The notes below the pieces were generated by a model that had not been told where the DNA came from, did not search any database, and worked only from the letters and a program-made list of their open reading frames with translations. This document shows positions 1-7,348 of a stretch of DNA of 34,611 bases, piece after piece. Both the position numbers and the translations under genes were made by a program. Position 1 is the first letter of the stretch; each line of letters starts with the position of its first letter. Origin of the DNA: an uncultured Chelativorans sp. (GTDB taxonomy: Bacteria > Pseudomonadota > Alphaproteobacteria > Rhizobiales > Rhizobiaceae); contig CAYYZC010000006.1 in the NCBI GenBank assembly GCA_964475605.1, positions 1 to 34,611 on the forward strand. The letters run 5' to 3'.

Positions 1-1975
1 CGTCGAGCTTCCGGAGTTGCGCCGAGATGAACCGCTCCCGGCTCGTCATCGTCAGCTCGACCCGCTCGGCCTTCAGGTCGGCGGTGACCTTGTCGAATTT
101 CTTGGTGCCCTTGGGGTCGTCCTCGGTGGCTGGGGGCAGGTCCGGAGGATCCCTGAAGAGTCCGGACTTTCCGTCATCGAATTCGCCAAGTTCCGCCCGG
201 ACGACATCGCGCGCTGCGCGAGCCTGCGCCGCCAGCCGGCGGAGATTCTTGATCACCCCGTCACTGTCGATGATGTCGTCCAGCGTAGCCGGATCCATCG
301 GCCCCGCCGTGGCTGCCAGCTTCGCTTCCTCCAGCATGATGGCGGCCGCCACGGCAGCTTCAGCCCTGTCGACCTCGGCCTTTGCCGCCTCGAGAGACAT
401 ACGCTTTTCTGCTTCGAGCGACTTCCGCCGCTCGCCGCTTGCGCCCTCCAGCTCGGACATGATGCGCTTGGCCTTGTCGGCCATCTCGTTGTAGCGCTCC
501 TGGGCCGCCTCCGCTTCGTCGGTGCGCGTGCTGAGCAGGAAATAGCCCGCAGCGAGCCCGGTCAGGGCTAGACCGATCGGCCCGCCGACGAAAGCCATGG
601 CGGCCTTCAGTCCGGCCTGAGCCCGCGCGGCGAGGGTCGCCGCCAGGGTGGTGCGCTGGATCGCGCCGGCCTGCGCGCCCTGCGCCATCGTCACGGCAGC
701 CGACGTTTCCGCCTCCCGGAGTTGGGCCGCCGCGAGCTGGTTCTGCGCCGCCGTCAGCGCCCGCTCGGCCGCCTCCAGCCGCTCCGTCGCCGCGAGCTGC
801 CCGGCCTTGCCTGCGGTATTCCGCAGCATCGCAATGGCTTCGGCATGGCGCGCTTCCGCCGCCGCCGCAGTCACCTGCGCCGAGCGGAGCGCATGCTGCG
901 CCTCCACCTGTTCCGCCGCCGCCGCTTCCAGGTTGGCAGCCGCGACCTTCCGCAGTGCCGCCTCCTTCGCGAGGATGTGCCCCGTGGCCTGGGCCAGTTG
1001 CGTGCGCATCGCCACCTGGGCCGCCACGAACTCCTTCGTGCGGGCGATCGCCGGGGTGAGGCCCCGGGCGACCAGCGCGGCGCCGATGGTGCCGCCGACC
1101 AGGGTGACGACGTCGGCGACATCGTCGAGGTTCTCCACGAGCCCGTTCGTCGCCACCGTCGCGGCGTTGAGCACGGGCGTCAGCGTGTCGCTGATCGGCT
1201 CCGCCAGCGCCCGCTTCAGTTGGGTCCAGGCGTTGTTCAGGCGCGTCCACGAGCCGCCCACCAGGTCCGCCATCTCGCCCGCGGCGCCCTGGTACTCGTC
1301 CAGGGCCTTGATCAGCAGGCCGGAGAAGGTCTGCGAGGTGACCTTGCCGTCGCTGATCATCTGCTTGAAGGTGCCGGAGGTCTTGCCGCCGGCCACCGCG
1401 ATCTTGTCGAACAGGCCCGGCAGCGGGTCGGTGACCTGGCGCACGTCCTCCAGCGTCACCGAGGCCGAGCCCAGGGCCTGCTGCAGGCCGAAGAAGACCT
1501 GTCCGACCTGGGCGGTCTGGACGCCGAGCGCCGCCGACGCGTTGGCCAGGCCCTCCAGGAGCTGCCGGCCCTGCTCCTGGGTGATCTTGCCGCCCTCCTG
1601 CAGGGAGAGCAGGCCAGCATAGCTGTCGGTCAGGGTGGCGAGATCGGTGCCCAGCGCATCGGCCGTCCGGGACAGGTATTCCTGCGTCTCGGCGAAGGCC
1701 TGCTGCGAGCCGGTGAGCCGGGCTATGCGCGCGTCCAGCTTCTCGAACTGGACCACCGTGCCCAGGACGTCCTGAGCGACGGCGCCCAGCGACAGGCCGA
1801 CCAGCGCGCCCTTGATGCCCCGGCCGATTCCCTCGATCGCCAGTTCCGCGCGCGAGGCCTGCTGCTCTATTTTCGCCGCCGCCTGCCCCGTGGCGCGCTC
1901 CGCGCGGGCCAGCTCCGAGCGTAGCTGCGACGTCGTCGCCCCGATCTCCACATACAGGCCGTCGAGCTGGGCCAT
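1..1975 (-). CDS. Tail tape measure protein, N-terminal ~658 codons (3' end lies beyond the window start)
   Basis: The frame is missing from the ORF track because it stays open to the window edge. ATG 1975-1973 has GGGGGA about 7 nt upstream. Hand translation: MAQLDGLYVEIGATTSQLRSELARAERATGQAAAKIEQQ...GKITQEQGRQLLEGLANASAALGVQTAQVGQVFFGLQQALGSASVTLEDVRQV...AAQVAMRTQLAQATGHILAKEAALRKVAAANLEAAAAEQVEAQHAL...GGPIGLALTGLAAGYFLL...SRERFISAQLRKLD (ends at nt 2). It is a long Ala/Gln/Leu coiled coil with a hydrophobic segment and lies directly after the tail chaperone genes. Listed ORF 360..2021 is its Arg/Gly/Pro-rich shadow frame. Confidence 0.8.
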   Translation of the reverse strand, partial: MAQLDGLYVEIGATTSQLRSELARAERATGQAAAKIEQQASRAELAIEGIGRGIKGALVGLSLGAVAQDVLGTVVQFEKLDARIARLTGSQQAFAETQEYLSRTADALGTDLATLTDSYAGLLSLQEGGKITQEQGRQLLEGLANASAALGVQTAQVGQVFFGLQQALGSASVTLEDVRQVTDPLPGLFDKIAVAGGKTSGTFKQMISDGKVTSQTFSGLLIKALDEYQGAAGEMADLVGGSWTRLNNAWTQLKRALAEPISDTLTPVLNAATVATNGLVENLDDVADVVTLVGGTIGAALVARGLTPAIARTKEFVAAQVAMRTQLAQATGHILAKEAALRKVAAANLEAAAAEQVEAQHALRSAQVTAAAAEARHAEAIAMLRNTAGKAGQLAATERLEAAERALTAAQNQLAAAQLREAETSAAVTMAQGAQAGAIQRTTLAATLAARAQAGLKAAMAFVGGPIGLALTGLAAGYFLLSTRTDEAEAAQERYNEMADKAKRIMSELEGASGERRKSLEAEKRMSLEAAKAEVDRAEAAVAAAIMLEEAKLAATAGPMDPATLDDIIDSDGVIKNLRRLAAQARAARDVVRAELGEFDDGKSGLFRDPPDLPPATEDDPKGTKKFDKVTADLKAERVELTMTSRERFISAQLRKLD

Positions 1976-1985
1976 TGCTGATCCC

Positions 1986-2017
1986 CCGAAAAGCAGAAGG
2001 GCGGCCGAAGCCGCCCC
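1986..2017 (-). terminator. Intrinsic terminator after the lipoprotein moron
   Basis: Minus strand reads GGGCGGC-TTCG-GCCGCCC (stems 2016-2010 / 2005-1999, UUCG-type tetraloop) followed by TTCTGCTTTTCGG. It lies between the lipoprotein stop (2048) and the tape-measure ATG (1975). Confidence 0.6.
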
Positions 2018-2047
2018 TCATCGCAAAGAGATGAAAAGAGAATGAGA

Positions 2048-2689
2048 TCAGGATGTCGGTGCACGAGCCAAGGATGGTCGTGATCCCGCCTTCACAAGAG
2101 CTTTGTGTAGGCCGGCATCCCTGACCACCAACTGCACGGCATCACGAAGAGCCGCTTCGAGCGCGGGCCGTGCATTGGCTCCGGTCATGAGCATGATGTC
2201 GCGGTTCGTCCCGGCGGCCTTGTATATGCGGCTGTAGATGATAGCGCCATCAGGCTCGCGAGCCGTGAGATTGAAAGCAACCTCGGCTACAGCGTCTGCA
2301 CTCCAAAGCCCCGGCTTGAAATCGGCGTAGACGGTTTGCGTCTCGACTGAGACGTCAATTCCTCCGTGCCCGACTTTATAACCAAGAGCGGCTAGTTCTG
2401 CTTGAACAGCGTTTCCGATCTCTGCGACCACATCGTTTTCCGACGTGATCCTTGCCATCTCCACACCAAAGCCGTTTTTCTTGGATGAGACACGATCGCG
2501 GTTGGTCAACCTCACATCTGCAGAGGAGACATTGACGGTCACCGCCTCCGCGCCGGGGACGGCTGGGTAACTGGCAGGCGCCGTATACACAACCGGGATA
2601 GCCTCTTCCGTCAGAGCGCATCCCCCCAGAAACAAAGAGCCTGCCATAGCGAGCACTGCCACTCGCCCCCACCGCAATCCTCGAAGCAT
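2048..2689 (-). CDS. Lipoprotein, YajG-like (moron)
   Basis: Internal ATG (M82 of listed ORF 2048..2932) at 2689-2687 with GGGAGGG 4 nt upstream. N-terminus MLRGLRWGRVAVLAMAGSLFLGGC|ALTEE is a signal peptide plus L-G-G-C lipobox. The mature part (VTVNVSSADVRLTNRD...AELAALGYKVGHGGIDVSVETQTVYADF...) is collinear, from memory, with E. coli YajG. G+C is visibly lower than in the flanks. Confidence 0.7.
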   Translation of the reverse strand: MLRGLRWGRVAVLAMAGSLFLGGCALTEEAIPVVYTAPASYPAVPGAEAVTVNVSSADVRLTNRDRVSSKKNGFGVEMARITSENDVVAEIGNAVQAELAALGYKVGHGGIDVSVETQTVYADFKPGLWSADAVAEVAFNLTAREPDGAIIYSRIYKAAGTNRDIMLMTGANARPALEAALRDAVQLVVRDAGLHKALVKAGSRPSLARAPTS

Positions 2690-2766
2690 ATAGCCCTCCC
2701 CACGCCAAGCCCAACAGGAGCCTGTGACCGCTCGATGATATCTACCACTTTCGAGCATGTCGAATA

Positions 2767-2955
2767 TTAGGGAGCGAACGATGTGCCTCGTCCCAGCCCG
2801 GCCTTGAACGCCGCGAACTCTTCCTCGCGCTCCTCGCGCAGGGCTTCCTTGCTGCCCTGCGCGAGGTTCCAGCCGTCGATGGCGGCCAGCAGCTCGTGCG
2901 GGGTGGCGGCCCAGAACTCCGTCGGCCGCCACCCGATCGCGGCGGCCGTCTTCAT
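2767..2955 (-). CDS. Tail assembly protein, gpT-like / GTA g11-like small protein (made separately or as a -1 frameshift extension of the upstream chaperone)
   Basis: Last 62 codons of listed ORF 2767..3612: MKTAAAIGWRPTEFWAATPHELLAAIDGWNLAQGSKE... The (W/F)WxxTPxEL motif is typical of the small protein downstream of GTA-type tail chaperones. ATG 2955-2953 overlaps TGA 2957-2955 of the upstream gene (ATGA). Confidence 0.6.
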   Translation of the reverse strand: MKTAAAIGWRPTEFWAATPHELLAAIDGWNLAQGSKEALREEREEEFAAFKAGLGRGTSFAP

Positions 2956-3329
2956 CAGGCGGCGGAAGGGGATGCGCCCGTCTCCGCCGCCGCCGGCTCC
3001 CCCGGCTTGGGCTCCTTGCCGCCGGTGAGCGCGTTGCGCAGCAGCACGGCCGCCGGCTTCAGCAGGTCGAGCGCGCCTTCCTCGACGACCATCTGCCCGA
3101 CTTCCTCGACGGACAGCTTCGCCCCGCCGGAAGCGAGCGCAGCATGGATCACGGCCACCAGCTCCTTCATGGCGAAGACGCCGGACCCGAAGCGCAGGGC
3201 GAGTTCGGCCGTGATGCGGCCGGACCTCTCCTCCCAGGCGACGATCGCCGTGTAGTCGGGCCGGGCGGCGTAGTCCACGCCGGCCAGCGTCACGGCGACC
3301 TCGCCGCGATGGGGGTTCGCGATGCTCAT
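2955..3329 (-). CDS. Tail assembly chaperone (gpG-like, gene-transfer-agent family protein)
   Basis: 124 aa, MSIANPHRGEVAVTLAGVDYAARPDYTAIVAWEERSGRITAELALRF... resembles the RcGTA g10-type protein. It lies between the major tail and tape-measure genes. Confidence 0.7.
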   Translation of the reverse strand: MSIANPHRGEVAVTLAGVDYAARPDYTAIVAWEERSGRITAELALRFGSGVFAMKELVAVIHAALASGGAKLSVEEVGQMVVEEGALDLLKPAAVLLRNALTGGKEPKPGEPAAAETGASPSAA

Positions 3330-3341
3330 CAGGAGCCTCCC

Positions 3342-3812
3342 TTACGACGGAATGGTCGCCGTGCCGGCGGCCGTGTCGATCGTCATCGTCTCCACGGCCG
3401 TCATCGCGCCGTTCGGGTTCAGGGTGATGCTGTAGGTGGTATGGTCCTCCGCCGCGCCTGAGATGTCGCAGGACGCGACGGCGGCCGTGCCGTGATAGCC
3501 CTTGCCGGCCGCATTGAGCTGGCAGTAGACCTCGACCAGACCGCCCGTCGCGGCCTCGTCGTCCCAGGCTTCGTCCACGACGCCCAGGCCGTCGGCATCG
3601 GGCCATACGCACTGGCCCGAGCAGGTGATGCTCGCCTCCTTCAGGCCGGGCGACGACGTCGCCCAGCCTTTCGTGGTTTTGTCCGTGCTGTCCACCGACC
3701 GGCGGGTGCGGGTCATCTGCGAATCCCGCTGCCCGGCGATGACGGTGAAGGCGTCCTCGTCGCCGACCGGCCGGACGTAGACGAGGACGTTGGTACCGAG
3801 TTCCTTAGCCAT
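3342..3812 (-). CDS. Major tail protein (TP901-1 / GTA g9 type)
   Basis: 156 aa. The pattern ...VDSTDKTTKGWATSSPGLKEASITCSGQCVW...YHGTAAVASCDISGAAEDHTTYSITLNPNG matches the TP901-1-family major tail pattern. Synteny supports the call. Confidence 0.75.
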   Translation of the reverse strand: MAKELGTNVLVYVRPVGDEDAFTVIAGQRDSQMTRTRRSVDSTDKTTKGWATSSPGLKEASITCSGQCVWPDADGLGVVDEAWDDEAATGGLVEVYCQLNAAGKGYHGTAAVASCDISGAAEDHTTYSITLNPNGAMTAVETMTIDTAAGTATIPS

Positions 3813-4212
3813 TCGATGGTTCCTTGCTGGGGGTGGTGAAGGCGCCGAAGCGGATCACGCCGTGCCGCGTGATGCCGTCCGGATCGAGAAAATCGGTCGC
3901 GAATTCGAAGCGGAGGCTGACGAGATCGTGCCCGACGATGGCCAGGGGCTGGTCGTGGAGCGCAGCCTTGATCCGCGCCATCAGCTCCTTGACCTCCTTC
4001 TTGCCGGGATAGGTCGACCAGACATGCAGGGTGAGCGTGTGGTCTTCGCCGTCCTGCGTCTTGTCCGAGGCATCGGCCGCGGTCATTTCGCCCACGGTGA
4101 CGTAGGCGCCGGTGGCGCCGGCCGGCACATCGTCGTAGACCGGCACCGGGTCGAGCGCCGCCGTCAGCGCCGCGTAGACCGCGCGCTGCAGTTCCCAGGC
4201 TGCGAGGCTCAT
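3805..4212 (-). CDS. Tail completion/terminator-like protein (DUF3168, GTA g8 type)
   Basis: 135 aa, MSLAAWELQRAVYAALTAALDPVPVYDDVPAGA...HTLTLHVWS is the typical DUF3168 signature. ATGA overlap with the upstream gene. Confidence 0.7.
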   Translation of the reverse strand: MSLAAWELQRAVYAALTAALDPVPVYDDVPAGATGAYVTVGEMTAADASDKTQDGEDHTLTLHVWSTYPGKKEVKELMARIKAALHDQPLAIVGHDLVSLRFEFATDFLDPDGITRHGVIRFGAFTTPSKEPSNG

Positions 4213-4667
4213 GGGGTCCCTCTACCTCTCGCCGCGGCGCTGAGCGCCCGGTTGATGGCTGCCCGGATGCGGTCGCGGTTGACCCGGGCGTGCTTCTTGT
4301 AGGCGGGGAGCAGGAAGGGCTGGGCCGGGGTGCCGGGATGCTGGTACATGCTGCCGTCCACGGCCTTGCGCGGGCCGGCCTTGGTCCCGAACTCGACCAG
4401 ATGGGCGTGACGGGACCGGTTCCGGCCGAAGCTCCCGATGCGCGCCCGCAGCCCCTTCTTGTCGATATTGACGCGGAAGCTGCTGCGCAGTTCGCCCGTC
4501 GCGTAGGGATTCACTCCCTCGCGCGGGATGGCCTTCAGCGCCTCGAAGTGGACGACCTCGGCCGCCTCCCGGATCTCCTGCTTGACCCCCGCCGTGATGC
4601 TGTCGGGCAGCCGGCGCAGCAGCCGCTGCAGCTTGGTGGCGCCGGTGACGCGGCTTTTCCGGGCCAT
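4209..4667 (-). CDS. HK97 gp10-family head-tail joining protein
   Basis: Start at M32 of listed ORF (MARKSRVTGATKLQRLLRRLPDS...HAHLVEFGTKAG...PAQPFLLPAY). ATG 4667-4665 overlaps the upstream TGA (ATGA). Confidence 0.7.
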   Translation of the reverse strand: MARKSRVTGATKLQRLLRRLPDSITAGVKQEIREAAEVVHFEALKAIPREGVNPYATGELRSSFRVNIDKKGLRARIGSFGRNRSRHAHLVEFGTKAGPRKAVDGSMYQHPGTPAQPFLLPAYKKHARVNRDRIRAAINRALSAAARGRGTP

Positions 4668-4993
4668 CAGATCGCCACTCCCGCTTCGCAGTCGAGCGTC
4701 ATGAACGCCGCCCGCGGCCCCGGGTCGGGGCAGGCCCGGATGTTCGTCACCTGGCCACACCAGACCACCCGCATGCCGGCGGTGATGTCGGCCCGGCGCC
4801 GGATCCTGATCCGGTAGGTGACCGCCGACTGCACCTGCTGCGCCTGGAGGCGTTCCCGGCCGGACAGCGGCTCCACCGCGGCCCAGACCGTGGCGACCGG
4901 CTCCCAGGTCACGGTATGCCCGCCGCCGCCGTCCGGCGCCCGCTCCGGACGCTCGATCGTGACGCGCTGGTCAAGATCCCCTGCCCCGGCCAT
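4667..4993 (-). CDS. Head closure / head-tail adaptor (SPP1 gp16-like)
   Basis: Start at M36 of listed ORF: MAGAGDLDQRVTIERPERAPDGGGGHTVTWEPVATVWAAVEPLSGRERLQAQQ...YRIRIRRR. ATG 4993-4991 overlaps the upstream TGA. Confidence 0.7.
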   Translation of the reverse strand: MAGAGDLDQRVTIERPERAPDGGGGHTVTWEPVATVWAAVEPLSGRERLQAQQVQSAVTYRIRIRRRADITAGMRVVWCGQVTNIRACPDPGPRAAFMTLDCEAGVAI

Positions 4994-5574
4994 CACGCCA
5001 CCTCGATCACGACGTAGCGGGACAGCAGCGCCTTCACCGCGAAGGGCATCTCGTTGACGATGTTGCCCACGTTCACGGCCTCGCGGTTCGCATACCACTG
5101 GCCAATCAGCAGCTTCATCGCCGCCTTGATCCCGGCCGGCACGTCGGCGGAGGCGCCGTAGCCGGCGGTGTAGGCGACGGTGACCGCGCCCAGCCGGTCA
5201 GCCGTGGCGGGCCAGGACGCGCCCGGCATGGGCAGGATGCGCGCCGGGACGCTCCGGGTGTCGACCTGGTACTGGTCGGCCGGCCAGACCTGCGTCGCGC
5301 CGTCAGGGTCGATGTAGGAGATGGACGCCACCTCCAGTGCCGGGGGCCACTCCAGCCGCAGCGCCTTGCAGGGGCCGGGGAAGCGGTCGGCGGTCATCTC
5401 CAGCGTCCGCGCCACCAAGGCCCGGCCGGTGTGCCCCTCGACCAGGTCGCGGGCCGCCGCGATCAGCGCGCCGATCGTGTCGTCTTCGTAGTCATGGTCG
5501 ACGCGCAGATGTGCCCGCGCTTCCTCCAGGTCGATCGGCTCCTCGGTGGTTGGCGTGATGATGCGGACGGGCAT
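4993..5574 (-). CDS. Head-tail connector, phage gp6-like (GTA g6 type)
   Basis: 193 aa, ...PIDLEEARAHLRVDHDYEDDTIGALIAAARDLVEGHTGRAL... is the classic gp6-like signature. Confidence 0.75.
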   Translation of the reverse strand: MPVRIITPTTEEPIDLEEARAHLRVDHDYEDDTIGALIAAARDLVEGHTGRALVARTLEMTADRFPGPCKALRLEWPPALEVASISYIDPDGATQVWPADQYQVDTRSVPARILPMPGASWPATADRLGAVTVAYTAGYGASADVPAGIKAAMKLLIGQWYANREAVNVGNIVNEMPFAVKALLSRYVVIEVA

Positions 5575-5887
5575 GTCCGGTCTCCTCCACCAGTTCGGCC
5601 ATCAGGAACTTGCCGAAGTCCTTCTTCGCCTCGGCGACCATCTTGGACACGGCGGTGTTGCTCGCCTTTCCGATGATGCGGCCCTCAATCGTCCGCTTGG
5701 CTTCGGCTTCGGTCAGGGCGTAGGGGTCCCGGATCGAGGCGACGCGCCAGCGCCGGCTGTCGATCTCGATCACGGTACCCTCGGCCAGGGCCTCGCCCGC
5801 CTGGCAGGCAAGGCAGGTCAGGCGGGTGCCGGACAGCGCGCCGGGAAACTCCCGGTCGCCGGCAGTGACGGTGATGCGTTCGCTCAT
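5492..5887 (-). CDS. Hypothetical phage protein
   Basis: 131-aa ORF with ATGA coupling to the upstream gene and a protein-like N-terminal 100 aa (MSERITVTAGDREFPGALSG...). The 3' 83 nt overlap the connector gene, so the C-terminal boundary is uncertain. Confidence 0.45.
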   Translation of the reverse strand: MSERITVTAGDREFPGALSGTRLTCLACQAGEALAEGTVIEIDSRRWRVASIRDPYALTEAEAKRTIEGRIIGKASNTAVSKMVAEAKKDFGKFLMAELVEETGHARPHHHANHRGADRPGGSAGTSARRP

Positions 5888-6228
5888 CGCTGCCCCACGG
5901 TGAAGCGGATCGTCCGCTCGTAGATGCGTCCGGCCGTGTCCTGCACGGTGACCTGGAGGACGAAGTCGGTGCCCGGATAGTCGAAGATCGCCGCCGTCTG
6001 CGCCTCGGGCAGCACGTAGAGCCAGACCGTGGCGTTGTTGGCGTCGTGCGCTTCCCGATCCTTGGTGATGCCGGCGGCCACCGCGGCATCGGAGAGTTCC
6101 CAGACGACGGATGCGATCTCTTGGCCCGTCGCCGCCATCTCCGGGCCGCAGGTGATCGAGAAGTCGAGAAACTCGTTGGGGTCCAGCTTTCCAGGGAATG
6201 CCTTCTCCGCCTGTGCAGGGCTCAGCAT
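5884..6228 (-). CDS. Hypothetical phage protein (head-module accessory)
   Basis: 114 aa with AGGGGG RBS before ATG 6228. Balanced composition. No family recognised. Confidence 0.55.
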   Translation of the reverse strand: MLSPAQAEKAFPGKLDPNEFLDFSITCGPEMAATGQEIASVVWELSDAAVAAGITKDREAHDANNATVWLYVLPEAQTAAIFDYPGTDFVLQVTVQDTAGRIYERTIRFTVGQR

Positions 6229-6237
6229 GGCGGCCCC

Positions 6238-6549
6238 CTAAAGCTGGACCACGCGGCTCGCCACCGGCCCAAGGGGCACGCGGCGGGACGGCGGAGCGAG
6301 ACGAAACGGCGGCGCCTCGCCCTGGTCGGCGGGCGGGGTGATGGTCGGCATGGAATACCCCACGGCGATGATGTCGTCAGGCTGGACCGCCGACAGGAGC
6401 GTGACGGTGCCGGCGTCGACCTCGATCTCTGCCCGGTCGAGCAGCCGGCCGGAGACGCAGACCGCCGGCACCACGCCCAGCGGCAGGCGCGTGGCCAAGG
6501 TGAGCTGGGCGACGGGCTCGGACGGTGGCTCGGCGAAGAAGCTGGGCAC
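6238..6549 (-). CDS. Hypothetical protein, tandem paralog 2 (103 aa, GTG start)
   Basis: Shares ...F(F/L)A(E/D)PP...RLLDR.E(I/L)......VT(L/I)L..VQPDDIIAVGY with the adjacent 67-aa ORF. It carries a Pro-rich C-terminal extension. Confidence 0.55.
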   Translation of the reverse strand: MPSFFAEPPSEPVAQLTLATRLPLGVVPAVCVSGRLLDRAEIEVDAGTVTLLSAVQPDDIIAVGYSMPTITPPADQGEAPPFRLAPPSRRVPLGPVASRVVQL

Positions 6550-6550
6550 C

Positions 6551-6754
6551 TCAGTCCGGGTACCCGACGGCGATTATGTCGTCAGGCTGGACGAGCGGCA
6601 GGATCGTGACGCGGCCGCGATGGATGTGCAGCTCGTTACGATCGAGCAGCCGAGTTGCGACGCGCACGAGGGGGTTCACGCCCTCAGGGATCCGCTGGCG
6701 CAGGCTGTAGCCCTTGGTCGGCAGCGGTGGCGGGTCGGCGAGGAAAGCAGCCAT
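6551..6754 (-). CDS. Hypothetical protein, tandem paralog 1 (67 aa)
   Basis: GGAGG RBS before ATG 6754. It is a paralog of 6238..6549; nt 6567-6592 versus 6362-6387 differ at 1 of 26 positions. Confidence 0.55.
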   Translation of the reverse strand: MAAFLADPPPLPTKGYSLRQRIPEGVNPLVRVATRLLDRNELHIHRGRVTILPLVQPDDIIAVGYPD

Positions 6755-6803
6755 GGGAGCCTCCGGAGGATCAGGGGCGAGCCGGAGCCCGCCCCGGGGT
6801 CGA

Positions 6804-7265
6804 TCAGATCGCGGTCGGGCTGGTCAGCAGGTAGACCGAGCCGACCTTCGCCGTGTCCGTGCCAGCGGCCGACAGGTCGGGCGTGTACTTCACCCGGACG
6901 AAGCGCTCGGCTTCGGCGAGGTTGCAGCCGATGACGCCCGAACCCGTCACCGTGCCGCCCGCGGCGCTGGTGAGCGTCAGCACGGTCTCGTCCGTGCCGA
7001 TCTCGGTGTAGGTCACACCGTCCTCGGAGTGCTCGAAGATGGCCGTGACGGTCAGGCTTTGGCCGGCCGCCAGGGTTGCGGTGGCGGAGATCGCGGCCGT
7101 CAGCGAGCCGAAGCGGACGGTATCGAAGTCGTCCCGAAGGTCGAGCGCGGCGGCGGTCTGCTCGGAATTGTCCGTGCCGGCGCCGGCCGTCAGATCGTAC
7201 TCGGCCTTGGCGAAGACCGACCGGATCAGGGCCGCGTCGTCGCGGCCGAAGGCGGGGGTGAACAT
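6804..7265 (-). CDS. Hypothetical protein, possible head decoration/accessory protein
   Basis: 153 aa, Thr/Ala/Gly-rich and beta-strand-like (...SLTVTAIFEHSEDGVTYTEIGTDETVLTLTSAAGGTVTGSG...). It is the first gene after the capsid gene. Function is inferred from position only. Confidence 0.5.
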   Translation of the reverse strand: MFTPAFGRDDAALIRSVFAKAEYDLTAGAGTDNSEQTAAALDLRDDFDTVRFGSLTAAISATATLAAGQSLTVTAIFEHSEDGVTYTEIGTDETVLTLTSAAGGTVTGSGVIGCNLAEAERFVRVKYTPDLSAAGTDTAKVGSVYLLTSPTAI

Positions 7266-7290
7266 GCTCTCTGTCTCCCGAAGGATATCC

Positions 7291-7321
7291 CGGAAAGCGA
7301 AGGGGCGCCCGAAGGCGCCCC
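7291..7321 (-). terminator. Hairpin terminator/attenuator after the capsid gene
   Basis: Minus strand reads GGGGCGCC-TTCG-GGCGCCCC (7321-7314 / 7309-7302) followed by TTCGCTTTCCG. It lies 28 nt after the capsid stop. Confidence 0.55.
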
Positions 7322-7348
7322 ATCCGCTGGTTCAGGTCAGGCCGGCGC

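Noticed and set aside
360-2021. 553-aa minus-strand ORF (and plus-strand ORFs 648..1622 and 722..1924) over the left end
   Set aside because: It is extremely Arg/Gly/Pro/Ala-rich with no protein-like pattern. A third minus frame, open to the window edge, gives a coherent tape-measure sequence, so these are high-GC shadow frames.
2956-3612. Upstream 219 codons of the listed 281-aa ORF 2767..3612
   Set aside because: This Arg/Gly-rich frame overlaps the well-supported chaperone and major-tail genes. Only the last 62 codons (from ATG 2955) look like a real protein.
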